A stretch of 64,000 bases of DNA from Desulfatiglandales bacterium (GCA_963662465.1 OY759599.1:4864001-4928000), one strand, 5' to 3'. Counted from the stretch's first letter, positions 31,412 to 42,156 are shown. Numbers and translations are program-made. The notes: generated from the letters alone by a model not told the origin.

Positions 31412-33169
31412 ATGCCGTTTCCATGTGTACATATTTTGCAGATGTTGGTTTTTCTCTTTTTCTTTTTTGCCGGGGTTCCGATTCATGCCGGTGAGCCTCG
31501 GAAAATACTGCTCACCGTTGCGGAAGGGGAACAGGGTAGAGATGCGGAGAGCCTTCTGGCCAAGGACTTTATTGGGTCTGGTTTTCAAGTGGTTTTACCT
31601 GAGCATATGACGCCGTCAAAATGGATCACTGCTCGGGACCTGTCCGAAGCAACTAAAGGAAAGGTCTGTAAGCTCCGAAAAGCAGCTGCCTTTTCGGGTG
31701 CGGGACTGATATTTGAAGGACGAATCAGGACAACCTTCAACTCCGAGGAATTGCTCGGAATGAAGATGGAGAAAGCCGTAACAACCATAACCTATAAGCT
31801 TCTGTCTACGGCTTCCGGGAAAATCCTGAAAACTGACTGTAAAACCTTTCGCGAAGTCAACCGATCCTCGGATGAAGCCAGGCAAGGCGCACTGGAAAAG
31901 ATGCGGACCGAGATCACAGAAACGCTGATCCGTAAAATTCCCATTGAGCTGACCTCGTGTCATGAAAAAGCGATTGAGGAATACAGAAAGTCACTTGAAA
32001 GAGAAAAACAGAGGCAAACGGCCTCTTCTACATCGGAGTCTCGCCCCTCGGGTCAGAGTAAATCCACCACCAGGGATACCGTGCCACCTGAAATTATCCT
32101 GATCAGTCCGGTCCAGAATGACAGAGATTTGGTGCTGACCCTTAAAAATTTAGAAATCATTGAGGGCCAGGTCAAAGATGACAGCCCGCTGGTGTTTTTC
32201 AGGATCAACAATGAAGATACTGAGGTGAACGGGGATGGCTTTTTTTCCAAAGCCATTGTTCTGAAAAAAGGAGACTGCAAGTTTATTCTGGAAGCGCTGG
32301 ATAATGCCGGCAATCGGGCGATAAAAGAATTCAGCCTTTCCAGAAAACCGAACGGTTCAGGCCCGGAAGCAAGGGCATGGGCGACTGCAAAAATGCCGAC
32401 TCTTTGGGGCCTTTCCATCGGGGTTTCCAAATACGGCAGTACAGCTGTGGATCTAAAATACGCGCATCTGGATGCGCAGAGTCTGTCACGGTTCCTGAAA
32501 GATCAGGAGGGTAATCTCTTCAAAGAAGTCCATTTTAAAACCCTTGTCAACCAGGAGGTCACAAGGGATGTGGTACTGAAAACGATTTCCAGTCACTTGG
32601 GCAAGGCATCTGAAAATGATGTGGCCTTCATCTTCATTGCGGGACATGGCATCAAGCATTCTCAGACCGGTTCCTATTATTTCATGCCTTATGATGCCGA
32701 TTTCAACACGGCACTGTCCAAAGGCCTTCGTATGTCCGACTTTAACGAAGCTATCAATATTCTGTCAAAAAATGTTCGGAAAGTGATTGTTGCTATGGAT
32801 ACCTGCCATGCCGGCGCCATTGGAGGAAGCGGGGAAAGAGCCATGGGCGGCGGAGAGGATCTTACCCGAGTTCTTGAAGCAGCCTCCGGAAGGTTTATCC
32901 TGGCCGCATCAAAGGGCGGGGAAGCTTCTCTGGAAAATGAAAAATTCAAGCTCCATGAGGGGGATTCGGGGCATGGGGCTTTCACCTATGCCTTGATCAA
33001 AGGCATGTCGGGGGAGAGTGATTATGATGGAGATCTCTGCATCACCCTGCAGGAGCTGTCCCACTATGTGGCCAAGCAGGTTCCGCGTTTAACCGATGGG
33101 TGCCAGCATCCCTACTTCAGGTCCGAAGGGACGGACATGCCCTTTATACTTCTCGGTAAAGAACCATGA
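31412..33169 (+). CDS. exported caspase-family (C14) peptidase with CsgG-like N-domain and Ig-like domain
   Basis: signal peptide; DTVPPEI...EALDNAGN Ig-like repeat; IGVSKY..LKYAHLDA, FIAGHG and MDTCHAG catalytic dyad, GHGAFTYALIKG, Q-H-P. Confidence 0.88.
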   Translation: MPFPCVHILQMLVFLFFFFAGVPIHAGEPRKILLTVAEGEQGRDAESLLAKDFIGSGFQVVLPEHMTPSKWITARDLSEATKGKVCKLRKAAAFSGAGLIFEGRIRTTFNSEELLGMKMEKAVTTITYKLLSTASGKILKTDCKTFREVNRSSDEARQGALEKMRTEITETLIRKIPIELTSCHEKAIEEYRKSLEREKQRQTASSTSESRPSGQSKSTTRDTVPPEIILISPVQNDRDLVLTLKNLEIIEGQVKDDSPLVFFRINNEDTEVNGDGFFSKAIVLKKGDCKFILEALDNAGNRAIKEFSLSRKPNGSGPEARAWATAKMPTLWGLSIGVSKYGSTAVDLKYAHLDAQSLSRFLKDQEGNLFKEVHFKTLVNQEVTRDVVLKTISSHLGKASENDVAFIFIAGHGIKHSQTGSYYFMPYDADFNTALSKGLRMSDFNEAINILSKNVRKVIVAMDTCHAGAIGGSGERAMGGGEDLTRVLEAASGRFILAASKGGEASLENEKFKLHEGDSGHGAFTYALIKGMSGESDYDGDLCITLQELSHYVAKQVPRLTDGCQHPYFRSEGTDMPFILLGKEP

Positions 33170-33206
33170 TTGTCGCTGATGCTTATGAAAGGGAAAGGAG
33201 CGTGTT

Positions 33207-33902
33207 TTGAGAAATAATTGTACCCCCATTGCGTTTTTGCGTCGGACAATGCTCACCGCTGTTATGCTTCTGATGGGTTGCGCCGCCTCTCAACCGGTTT
33301 CGCCGGTGACCAAAATCCCACCTCCGCTGAAAAAAATAGACTGGTCCAGACTGCCTCCTGCACCCAAGAAAAAAGCCTTGGTGGCGGTGGCCGGTTTCGA
33401 GAACAAGAGCACCTATTCCGCCGATAAGCTCTGGGACACATCGTCCCAGATCCTGGCGGCATATCTTTTGCGCAGTGGCTATTTCCGGGTGGTGGAATGG
33501 TCGAAAATGAAACGGCTCTTTGACTGGGATACCCTGAGCGCCGCCAGTATTATCAAATCTCCGGAGAACATGAAAAAAGCCCAGCGCATTCTGCTCTGCG
33601 AGGATTTTATTTCCGGATCCATCACCTATTTTGATGTGCGCCAGCATGCTCAGGTGAGTGCCATGAGCAAGCAGAAGACCATCGACACCACCATTCGGGT
33701 CGATCTGCTGCTTCAAAGCGCACAAACCGGAGAATACCTCGCCGCTGGAACCGGGGAATCTTCGGTGAGGCAAGTTTACGCCGGGGGACTCTCCGGGGGA
33801 CAGACCGGCAGCTGGGACCCGGCATCCGCCGATAGGGCTTTGGATCAGGCTATTGGAAAAGCGCTATTTGAATTGATTGAGAATTATCACCGGCGGGGAT
33901 GA
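33207..33902 (+). CDS. CsgG/HfaB family lipoprotein
   Basis: lipobox LLMGC, VAVAGFENKS, SGYFRVVE, ISGSITYF, VDLLL...TGE. Confidence 0.75.
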   Translation: MRNNCTPIAFLRRTMLTAVMLLMGCAASQPVSPVTKIPPPLKKIDWSRLPPAPKKKALVAVAGFENKSTYSADKLWDTSSQILAAYLLRSGYFRVVEWSKMKRLFDWDTLSAASIIKSPENMKKAQRILLCEDFISGSITYFDVRQHAQVSAMSKQKTIDTTIRVDLLLQSAQTGEYLAAGTGESSVRQVYAGGLSGGQTGSWDPASADRALDQAIGKALFELIENYHRRG

Positions 33903-33912
33903 AATTCCTTCT

Positions 33913-35184
33913 CTACTCATGCTGCAACGCCGTAATGGGATCCATCCGCGCCGCCTTCCGGGCAGGGTAGAGACCGAAAAAGACCCCCACAAAGACCGAC
34001 ATGAACAGGGGCAATACCACGGCGTAAGGGGTTACCGCCGTATCCCACCCGGCCCAGTGGGTGATGACCCATACCGCCCCCAAGCCCAGGCATACACCCA
34101 TCACACCGCCTACAGAGGTCAGCAGCACCGCCTCGGTAAGAAATTGAAACACAATGTCTCCACGGGTTGCGCCGATAGCCCGGCGGATTCCGATTTCCCG
34201 GGTCCGCTCGGAGACCGTAGCCAGCATGATGTTCATGATGCCGATGCCACCCACCAGGAGGGATACTCCCGCAATGGCCCCCAGCACAATGTTGAAAACG
34301 CGCTGGGTTCGCCGGGCCTGGTTCAACAGCTCCATGGGAACAATCACCTGGTAATCCTTCACCCGGTTGTGGGCCACCTCCATCAACCGCTCCACCATCT
34401 GCCCCGCCTCCAGGACCGTGTCCGTGGAAATCGCCCGGGCCACGATTTCGCTGAGTGCCTCTCCGCCCCAACGACCAGCCTGCCCAGAACGCCGGTCCAC
34501 CCCCGTATGAGCCCCCAGAGGAAGGAAGATAACCTGATTGAAATCGCGACTGACCATGGCGCCGCTTTCCTCCGTCTCCCGGGTGACCCTTTCCAGAATA
34601 CCCATTACCTTGAAGAGGTGGTCCCCAATCCGGATATCTTCTCCCACCTTCCCCGCAACACCGAAATAGGCGGCAACACCGGCGCCCAGCACGCAAACCA
34701 GATTCCGTTTGGCCACATCCCCATCGGCGATGAAGCGCCCTTTTGAAAGGCAGAGACCCAGCACCTCCGCATAACCGGGGGTACACGCAAAGATCTGCGG
34801 TGAGACATCCCGGGAAATCCCATGGGCCGAGGCTTTCACCTCCTTGAGGCAGACCGTATCCCGGATGAGGGGGCAGCTTCGCCGGATCTGCGCCATGTCC
34901 TCCCGACTCAGGCCCATGGACCATCTGAGGCGGGCCTTGGTCTGCTCCTCCGCCGTCAAGGCCACGGCTGTGATATAGATATTCCGGGCACCCAGTTCCT
35001 CAATCTGCCGGACCACCTTTTCCCTGGCACCCTCGCCTACAGACACCATGGCCAGTACAGCCATCACACCGCATACCACCCCCAGGATGCTCAAGGCGGA
35101 CCGGAGCTTATGGCGCACCAGGGATCTGGCGGCCACATGTATGGTCTTTACCGCCTGCTCAATCCGCCTGAACAACTTCGCCAT
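33913..35184 (-). CDS. MacB-like ABC transporter permease (FtsX family)
   Basis: KLRSALSILG, SLLVGGIGIMNIML..VSERTREIGIRRAIGA, GLYPARKAARMDPI.AL. Confidence 0.93.
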   Translation of the reverse strand: MAKLFRRIEQAVKTIHVAARSLVRHKLRSALSILGVVCGVMAVLAMVSVGEGAREKVVRQIEELGARNIYITAVALTAEEQTKARLRWSMGLSREDMAQIRRSCPLIRDTVCLKEVKASAHGISRDVSPQIFACTPGYAEVLGLCLSKGRFIADGDVAKRNLVCVLGAGVAAYFGVAGKVGEDIRIGDHLFKVMGILERVTRETEESGAMVSRDFNQVIFLPLGAHTGVDRRSGQAGRWGGEALSEIVARAISTDTVLEAGQMVERLMEVAHNRVKDYQVIVPMELLNQARRTQRVFNIVLGAIAGVSLLVGGIGIMNIMLATVSERTREIGIRRAIGATRGDIVFQFLTEAVLLTSVGGVMGVCLGLGAVWVITHWAGWDTAVTPYAVVLPLFMSVFVGVFFGLYPARKAARMDPITALQHE

Positions 35185-35842
35185 CCTTCAGCACCACGGT
35201 TCGTCCCGCGTGGGCCGCCACCTCACGGTCATGGGTGACCATGATAACGGTGACCCCAGCCTTGTGAACACCTCGGAAAAGGGAAAGGATATCCTTCCCT
35301 GTCCGACTGTCCAGGTTCCCCGTAGGCTCATCGGCCAGGATCAGTTTGGGTCCCATAACCATTGCCCTGGCAATGGCCACCCGCTGCATTTCGCCCCCTG
35401 ATAGTTCGCCCGGCCTGTGGGTCAGCCGGTGCTGCAAGCCCACATGTTCCAGGGCTTCCAGTACCCGCCCATGGGGATCTTTCCCTTTGCTGCCGCTCGA
35501 ATATAGAAAGGGTACTTCCACGTTCTCCACGATACTCAGGTCCGGCAGCAGGTTGAATGTTTGAAACACGAATCCGATGGCATCGGCCCGCACGCTGGCC
35601 AGTTCCCGGTCGGAGGCCCAGCGGATGTCCACACCATCGAAAATATACTGCCCGGAGGTGGGCCTCCCCAGACATCCAAGGATGTGCATGAGGGTGGACT
35701 TGCCCGATCCGGAAGGCCCCATGACGGCCACCCACTCCCCGGATTGCACCGAAAAATCAACGCCTCTGAGAACAGGGATCTCGGTGTCTCCCCTCATATA
35801 AGTTTTGACAAGGGATCGGGCGTCTATCAGCGGTTGCATCAT
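35159..35842 (-). CDS. ABC transporter ATP-binding protein (LolD/MacB NBD)
   Basis: [37 protein letters not shown]. Confidence 0.95.
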   Translation of the reverse strand: MMQPLIDARSLVKTYMRGDTEIPVLRGVDFSVQSGEWVAVMGPSGSGKSTLMHILGCLGRPTSGQYIFDGVDIRWASDRELASVRADAIGFVFQTFNLLPDLSIVENVEVPFLYSSGSKGKDPHGRVLEALEHVGLQHRLTHRPGELSGGEMQRVAIARAMVMGPKLILADEPTGNLDSRTGKDILSLFRGVHKAGVTVIMVTHDREVAAHAGRTVVLKDGEVVQAD

Positions 35843-37290
35843 TATCCCCCCGGTCTTACGAGGGCCACCTTATCCCCCGGTTTCAGGCCTGCCAGGACCT
35901 CCACCAAGTCTTCATTTTCACGGCCTGTCCGCACACCCACTTTATCAAACCCGCTCATCCCCTGCCGATAGCAGAAAGTGTCCACGCCTTCGCGGAATAC
36001 CGCCTGAATGGGCACGGTGAGGACCGATGACGCCACTGCTTTGCTCAGAATGGAAACCCTGGCGGTCATGCCGGGCCTCATTCGGTCGTCCCGCCCCTTC
36101 AGGGCGACCCGCACCCGAAAATATTTCTCCCCATTGGAACCCTCAAACCGATTGGCAGCCATGACTCCGATGAATATCACTTCGGCCTGGAAGCGCGCGT
36201 CCGGGTAGGCGTCCATGGTTACCCGACAGGGCTGGCCCAGCCGCACCTTGTGGAGGTCGATCTCCCGGACCTGGGTCTTGACGATGAGGGAGGTGATGTC
36301 CGGCAGATAGAGAAGGGGCTGGTTCTGCCACGCCTTATCCCCGATCCTTGGCTTTCGCTTCTCCCCGTCCCGAAATGTTTCAAACAATATGGCGATTCCC
36401 TCGCAGGGCGCACAAATGACCGTTTTGTCCATCTCCTCCCGACCTCGCTGAAGGGCGGTTTTTTTGCTTTCCAGTTTTCCCAGGACTTCGTGAAGGGCTG
36501 CATCGGCCTGGGCGACCTTGTAAACACTCCCTTTTCGGGTCTGCTCCAGCTCAATTTCGGCCCGTTCCACCTGGGACTTGGCGGTTTCCACCAGCGAGGG
36601 AAGGACATGGGCTTTGTAGCTGGTGTATTTGGTTTTGGCCGACTCGTACTTTTCCTTCAGTTCGGCATACTTATCCTTTGCCAGACTGATCTCCGTGGGG
36701 TTCCCGAAGCCTTTTGTGTTGAGCTTTTCCAGGTCCCGAATGTAGGCGGCGTAGCGGCCTGACTCCTCCTTTGCGGCCCGCATCTCCTCCCCGTACTGGG
36801 CGAGGTTCAAAGGGCCTTCCCCTTCCACCACCTTTTTCAGGTCCAGGTGAGCCACCTTGAGAGTGTATTCCGCCGAGCGGATCTCGCGACCCACCTGGTT
36901 TTTCTGCCACTCCACCTTCTGTCGTTCCCCTTCCACTGCCGCCTGAAGGCTCAGGATCTCGCCGTCCAGTTCCTGGATACGTTCTTCGAAGGGGGTGGGG
37001 TCCAGACGCACCAGCACGTCCCCTTCCTTTACCTGGATACCTTCCTCCACCAGCCAGATAATCTTGCCCCGGTCGCCCCGGATGGACGAGGAGACCATGC
37101 GGGAGTGGGCCGTGTCCAGTACCCCAAGAGTGCTGACGCGCACCTCGAAACTTCTGGGCAGGGCGGTGCTAACCCGGACCTGCTGCTCTTCGGGCGCGGA
37201 GCCGCTGTAGCGCACGGCGAGGATCGCCACGAGGCAGGCCAGGGTGGCGCCCAGGAGGTACTTGGGGATGGTTTTAGTGCGATTGGGCAT
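35842..37290 (-). CDS. MacA-like periplasmic adaptor with long coiled coil
   Basis: N-terminal TM, VEEGIQVKEGDVL, RPGMTA, VPIQAV, GLKPGDKV. Confidence 0.88.
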   Translation of the reverse strand: MPNRTKTIPKYLLGATLACLVAILAVRYSGSAPEEQQVRVSTALPRSFEVRVSTLGVLDTAHSRMVSSSIRGDRGKIIWLVEEGIQVKEGDVLVRLDPTPFEERIQELDGEILSLQAAVEGERQKVEWQKNQVGREIRSAEYTLKVAHLDLKKVVEGEGPLNLAQYGEEMRAAKEESGRYAAYIRDLEKLNTKGFGNPTEISLAKDKYAELKEKYESAKTKYTSYKAHVLPSLVETAKSQVERAEIELEQTRKGSVYKVAQADAALHEVLGKLESKKTALQRGREEMDKTVICAPCEGIAILFETFRDGEKRKPRIGDKAWQNQPLLYLPDITSLIVKTQVREIDLHKVRLGQPCRVTMDAYPDARFQAEVIFIGVMAANRFEGSNGEKYFRVRVALKGRDDRMRPGMTARVSILSKAVASSVLTVPIQAVFREGVDTFCYRQGMSGFDKVGVRTGRENEDLVEVLAGLKPGDKVALVRPGG

Positions 37291-37322
37291 TGTGTTTGTG
37301 TTGCTCAGGGTTGTATTATTTC

Positions 37323-37396
37323 ACCACGGAAACACAGAGATAACAGAGGTTTTTGAAAAAAAGTTTTTTTACAGTGTTAGCTGTGTAATCCGTGGT
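37323..37396. repeat. intergenic palindromic (REP-like) element, copy 1
   Basis: ACCACGGAAACACAG ... CTGTGTAATCCGTGGT inverted repeat. Confidence 0.6.
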
Positions 37397-37409
37397 ATAG
37401 AATCCTCCT

Positions 37410-38464
37410 TTACTGTGCGAGCCCACGAAGTGTCAGTGGTTCACTAATGGCGACCCGGGTTGTGCCTTCATTATCTTTGTACCAGAAAGCGTAGTTCCCG
37501 GTTTCATCACTGGCTGAATAGGACCTCGATACCCACCATTCCTGGTCGCAATAGGTCCCTTTAGCCGCAATGACCGTACTCGGTTGATCACAGAAAGTGA
37601 ACCAGTTGACGAAATCATCAGAGGAATATAGACATTCGGCCATCGTTGTGAGGCATTCGTTAAACTGACCGAATCGCAGCACTTCAACCGGGTAGTTGTT
37701 TGGGTTGTACACCGTGTATGTCAATTCATAAAATAGGTCAGATGGTCTCTGAATTGGATCAACCGGATTTGGCGAAAAAGTGATTTCAAGGGGCTGGTGC
37801 GTTTCAGAAGGGTATATGATGTACACATCCTTGATGGTGGCGGTAACCTCGCCGCCATTGGGGCCAGTTCCCACGCCGAACCAGTTGTAGTAATTTGTTC
37901 CTTCCATATCAAAGGGGGGCTCAAATTTTCTTGTTCCATAGCCCTCCACGTAATACCAAACCTCATTTCCGACCCTTGTAAGCGCCATCGTAATATCTTG
38001 TCCAAGTCTATACTGCCAGTCCCCGAAAAACCCATCCATATATCTTTCTATATTCCATTCAGTATCATTTGAACGATTTAAAACGCAGCTAATTGGCGCA
38101 AAGCCTTCGGAACCTGGGTCACTTAAGTACCAATATCCAACACGAATATTTGCAGTCAGATAATCATTACCGAGATAGCCCGCTCTTTTGCCAATACCGC
38201 AACCGACATTGTCTTTTAGATGGGATATGTGAATGGTAGCCTGAAATCCAAGGCACCCTTCGTAATCTTTTCCGATACTTACATTCACATTTTGCCCGCT
38301 GTTGATTGTAGCTGTAGCAGAATTTTCAAAGAATTGCCAAGTTCCTTGCTCGTAATTCCAATCCACAAGGCTCTCGACCGGTACGAGTCTCTGGGCAGTA
38401 CATACGTTTGAATGAACCATGAAGCAAGAAAAAACGAGTAATGCAAGGATTGTCTTTATCTTCA
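37410..38464 (-). CDS. secreted beta-rich hypothetical protein; N-terminal domain paralogous to 38522-39154, plus an extra C-terminal domain
   Basis: AGGAGG RBS before MKIKT; signal peptide; shares GCGI.K, G.DIT, R.GNE.W..V.GYG..KF.P and TIKDV..YP with its neighbour. Confidence 0.75.
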
Positions 38465-38521
38465 TCAGTTTGTTCCTCCTGTTCGCCTGTGCAGAAAGTG
38501 GCCGCAATTTTTTCGCATTTT

Positions 38522-39154
38522 CTAGTCCGGGTAAACGACCGAAACGTCCTTTATCGTTGTCGTGATCCGGCTGCCGGGCGTTAAATTCTCCACGTCAAAT
38601 TGAACGTTATCGGCCATCTCACCCAGATTGATGGTTGGCGCGAACTTGGATACCCCATAGCCTGGAACGGTAAACCAGATTTCATTTCCGCTACGAGCGA
38701 TTTCCACAGTGATATCCCTGCCGGTAAGGAGTTCGAATTCCCCGAGATAACCGACTTCATAGGTATTTGACCAATAGCCCTCTGGATCTATCAGCGCAAT
38801 GTAATAGGATATTTCCCCTTCCCCATCCCATCCGCCATAGCCGATGTCCACGCAGGCCCTTACCGTGTGGTCACCCACGGTCCCTACGGTTTTGCAGATT
38901 CCACAACCGGAAAAGCCGACAATACTGCCCAGATTGATGGTGGCGCGAAGGCCCACGGAATTCTGGTAATTACCCCGCAGAATAGCCCAGCCACCCGCGT
39001 TTGTAACGGTGGCCGCGTTGCCGGAAAATACCCATTCACCCTCGGAATACCACCCCGACAGACTGGAAACGGGCTGATAGGTGAAAGCTTGGGTCAAGCC
39101 GACGGGCAGAATCAGCCATAGAGCTAGAAGCTGGGAAAAAACTTTTTTCTTCAT
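38522..39154 (-). CDS. secreted beta-rich hypothetical protein
   Basis: AAGGAG RBS, signal peptide MKKKVF...TQA; paralogue of the downstream gene. Confidence 0.75.
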   Translation of the reverse strand: MKKKVFSQLLALWLILPVGLTQAFTYQPVSSLSGWYSEGEWVFSGNAATVTNAGGWAILRGNYQNSVGLRATINLGSIVGFSGCGICKTVGTVGDHTVRACVDIGYGGWDGEGEISYYIALIDPEGYWSNTYEVGYLGEFELLTGRDITVEIARSGNEIWFTVPGYGVSKFAPTINLGEMADNVQFDVENLTPGSRITTTIKDVSVVYPD

Positions 39155-39233
39155 TTCACACTCCTTTCTTCAGATTTCGGTTTTGTAGGATCTGGAACTA
39201 ACTTTCTCCATGAAAATCACTTTCAAATTGTTT

Positions 39234-40400
39234 TTATCTTCTGATGCCGACAATGGCCTGGGTAACCCCGAATTCCCTCCCCGGGTAGCATGGTGCATTT
39301 GCCGAAGTCCAGTGTCGGGATATGGTTCCGCCGCCTTCCAGTCGGTTCCCCGAAGAATCCAGGCGGAGTTCCCGTTCGACCCGTTGATAGCTTGTCCAGG
39401 TCTCTCCCGGAGTACCATTCTCATCTTCGTAAGAGTACCTTAGGACGCCGCCTGAAAAGGTTCCCTGGTTAGTTCCATCGGAAGAAGAAAGCGTTACGGT
39501 GGAACCTTCCTGAGTAATGTTTACGTCATAGGTGTAATAGCCCCATATCTCCGCACCTGGGTGACATTCTTCATTGATCTTCTCCACCGGTGTATACTGA
39601 AACTGCCAACTCCCCGCAACCGTTGGGGCTGGTGGAGGGGGGGCGGGCGAGCTGTCATCTCCCCCGCCGCCTCCTGCAATCGCGGCACCCCCGCCCACGA
39701 CGGCGGCGGCGCCTGCGCCGATGCCCACCATGGCGCCGGTGGAGAGACCGGTGGAGGCGGCGACTGTTCCTCCGCTGGTGGCGGCGGCCGCGGCGCCGGT
39801 GGCGCCCCCGGTGGAGGCAATCTGGGTGGCGGTGTAGATGCCGGCCGCCACAAAGCCGAATCGCGCAGAGGACTCCACCACGTCCATTACGATTGAATCC
39901 GTAAAACCGGGTACCGTGGCAGGCGCCGATGACAATTCAGTACTCACCTGAATGGAACCTGTGGAAGCCACCTGCTGATATTCAGGAAGCGCACCCTGAT
40001 CCGCAGGCTTTCGCTCGGCCTGAAAGGCCTGTGTGCGCACCACTTGGTCTTTGTTGTTGACCGCCAGGATGAGATAGCTAATGGCGGCGGTGTTCTCGGC
40101 GGGCGCAGGCAGGATCCCCTGGTATTGATCTCCCTCGGAAAGGGCCATGGGCACGAACACATAATCCGCCTGGCCGACCGCCTTGAAATAACAGCGAACC
40201 AGCTTCACTCCCGCCGGGTCCTCCACCTCGGCCTTTATCCGAATGCGTTTCCCCGGAACAAAGGTGGTGATGGGATCGGTATCGATCTCGGTTTCGACCT
40301 TCTGAGCACCGGCGCCGAACGCTCCGCAAACAGGCAGAATCCACAGGAATACCGCCAACAGGGATAACACTATCCCAGACTTTCCTCTCTGTTTCACCAT
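39234..40400 (-). CDS. secreted modular protein: conserved N-module, Gly/Ala hydrophobic segment, poly-Gly, Pro linker, variable C-terminal domain
   Basis: AGGAGG RBS, signal peptide; N-terminal ~250 aa clearly homologous to 42157-43401. Confidence 0.8.
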   Translation of the reverse strand: MVKQRGKSGIVLSLLAVFLWILPVCGAFGAGAQKVETEIDTDPITTFVPGKRIRIKAEVEDPAGVKLVRCYFKAVGQADYVFVPMALSEGDQYQGILPAPAENTAAISYLILAVNNKDQVVRTQAFQAERKPADQGALPEYQQVASTGSIQVSTELSSAPATVPGFTDSIVMDVVESSARFGFVAAGIYTATQIASTGGATGAAAAATSGGTVAASTGLSTGAMVGIGAGAAAVVGGGAAIAGGGGGDDSSPAPPPPAPTVAGSWQFQYTPVEKINEECHPGAEIWGYYTYDVNITQEGSTVTLSSSDGTNQGTFSGGVLRYSYEDENGTPGETWTSYQRVERELRLDSSGNRLEGGGTISRHWTSANAPCYPGREFGVTQAIVGIRR

Positions 40401-40424
40401 GTTTTTCCTCCTTGTTTGGTTTTT

Positions 40425-40475
40425 TTACCACAAAACACAGGATTAAAAAATTCTTCCTCCGTGCCTCTGTGGTGA
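40425..40475. repeat. intergenic palindromic (REP-like) element, copy 2
   Basis: TTACCACAAAACACAGG ... CTCCGTGCCTCTGTGGTGA; same CACCAC(G/A)GA..CAC family as 37323-37396. Confidence 0.5.
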
Positions 40476-40484
40476 TGACATCCT

Positions 40485-41912
40485 TTATCTTTCAATGAGC
40501 GTGCCCAGGGCGCCACGGAGCCGATAGGTCCCAATGATATAATCCGTCTGGACCGTCAATAGATCCAGCTGGGACCGTTGCAGCTCGGTTTCACTTTCGA
40601 TTACGTCAAAGTTGCTGGCCATGCCGTGATTGAACTTGATTCGCGCCAGTTCCAGTTTTCCTTGGGACTGCCGGATCTGCTCTTTCCTGAGAATGCTGCG
40701 TTTTCGGGCGTCCTTAAGGGCGTCCAACTCACGCCGTACCTCGCGCACGATCTCGTCCCGCCGGGTGAGCATGGAAAGGCGGGTGGTTTCGATGTTCATG
40801 AGGCTCTGCCGAAAAGCCCCCTTTTCCGCGGTACGGGCCCAATCCGTGCCGGTCACCAGGTTGATGCTCCAGCTTTGCTCGTTGAACCGCCAGGAATCCC
40901 CGAAGTTATCGCCCAAATTATAGCGCTTATAACCGGCCACCAGGTTCAGCTTGGGCAGCAGATTGCTCTCTGAGACTTTCGACTGCCGCTCCGATTCCCG
41001 CAGAGCATCCTGGGCCTGTTCTAGTTCTACGCGGTTCTTGAGCGCCACCCGAACGGCCTCCTTTTCCCCAATTTCCATGGTTTCGGGAACCAAGGGAGCA
41101 GAAACCCGGATGTCCTCCTCCATGGGCAGGGCCAGGATCAGTTTGAGGTCGTCCTTTTTGTTTCGAAGGGTCTCCTGAGTACGGTTGAGTCCGTCCTGGG
41201 CATCCTTGAGCCGGATTTCAGCCCGGTAGATGTCAATGGGGGAAGCCATGCCCACTTTTTCCTTGACCCTGGCGGACTGCACATCGCTCTGTAAACGCGC
41301 TGCCTGGGATTCGTAAAGCCGCACGGACTCCTTCTCTTTAATAACGTTGTAGACCGCGCTAACGGTTTCCAGCACTACACCCACCCGCGTCTGGTAGAGG
41401 GAACGTTCCGCACTACGGACCCCGTACTCGGAGGAACGCACACCGCTCAGGTTCACCTCTCTGCCGAATCCCCGAAGCAGGGGCACATCCACAAAGGTGT
41501 CGACCCTGCCCGTATAGCCGTTTTCACTTCGACCCACGTAAGGGGCGACCGAGACCTTGGGACCGTACTCGAATTTCTTTTCCAGGGTCATCCCCAGCCC
41601 CAGCCCCTTGTCCGTGTCCGAAACATAAGCGTCCGAGCCCGGGATGAACTTGAGTTCGAATTCGGACAATGACGTTTGGAGCGATACCCGGGAACCCTCC
41701 AGCCCGTAGGCCGATGTCAAAAGACGCCGGTTGGCTTCCAGGGCCTGATTGATGGCCTGCTCTAGGGACATGTGTATGCTTCGAGCCGGTTGGGCGTTTG
41801 TTGCAGGCCAAAATTGGGAATGTGCCTCAAAGGCGGTCAAATGATGGAAGAAGATACTATGAAAAATGAAGATACACATGAGGAAATGAGCTGTTTTACA
41901 TTTTGGGATCAT
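40485..41912 (-). CDS. TolC family outer membrane protein
   Basis: SLEQAINQALEAN, VPLLRGFG, ALKNRVEL, GMASNFDVIESE; two OEP-like halves. Confidence 0.88.
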   Translation of the reverse strand: MIPKCKTAHFLMCIFIFHSIFFHHLTAFEAHSQFWPATNAQPARSIHMSLEQAINQALEANRRLLTSAYGLEGSRVSLQTSLSEFELKFIPGSDAYVSDTDKGLGLGMTLEKKFEYGPKVSVAPYVGRSENGYTGRVDTFVDVPLLRGFGREVNLSGVRSSEYGVRSAERSLYQTRVGVVLETVSAVYNVIKEKESVRLYESQAARLQSDVQSARVKEKVGMASPIDIYRAEIRLKDAQDGLNRTQETLRNKKDDLKLILALPMEEDIRVSAPLVPETMEIGEKEAVRVALKNRVELEQAQDALRESERQSKVSESNLLPKLNLVAGYKRYNLGDNFGDSWRFNEQSWSINLVTGTDWARTAEKGAFRQSLMNIETTRLSMLTRRDEIVREVRRELDALKDARKRSILRKEQIRQSQGKLELARIKFNHGMASNFDVIESETELQRSQLDLLTVQTDYIIGTYRLRGALGTLIER

Positions 41913-42156
41913 CAGTCAAAAAACAGGCATCCAGCGCAATCAACACTGATTGAACTATATTTAGTAGGTCTATTGATTTCAAAAGTCAGAATTGAAAAAC
42001 CTTCCAACCTGAAGTGTAGAACTCAAGGTTAGTGCGAGGAATCAGGCGCCTCTTTGAAACTTTATTATCCATGGAGAATACCTGAAAAGTCTATCACACA
42101 ACCACAGCGGCAAGAAGACTTTATAAACGCCACTTATGCTTGACGGAAAACGTTGC

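Noticed and set aside
33207..33902. Curli biogenesis locus
   Set aside because: No curlin-repeat CsgA/B, CsgE or CsgF recognisable nearby
33877..34924. Long alternative-frame ORFs (289 aa +, 335 aa -)
   Set aside because: Shadows of the GC-rich MacB permease gene
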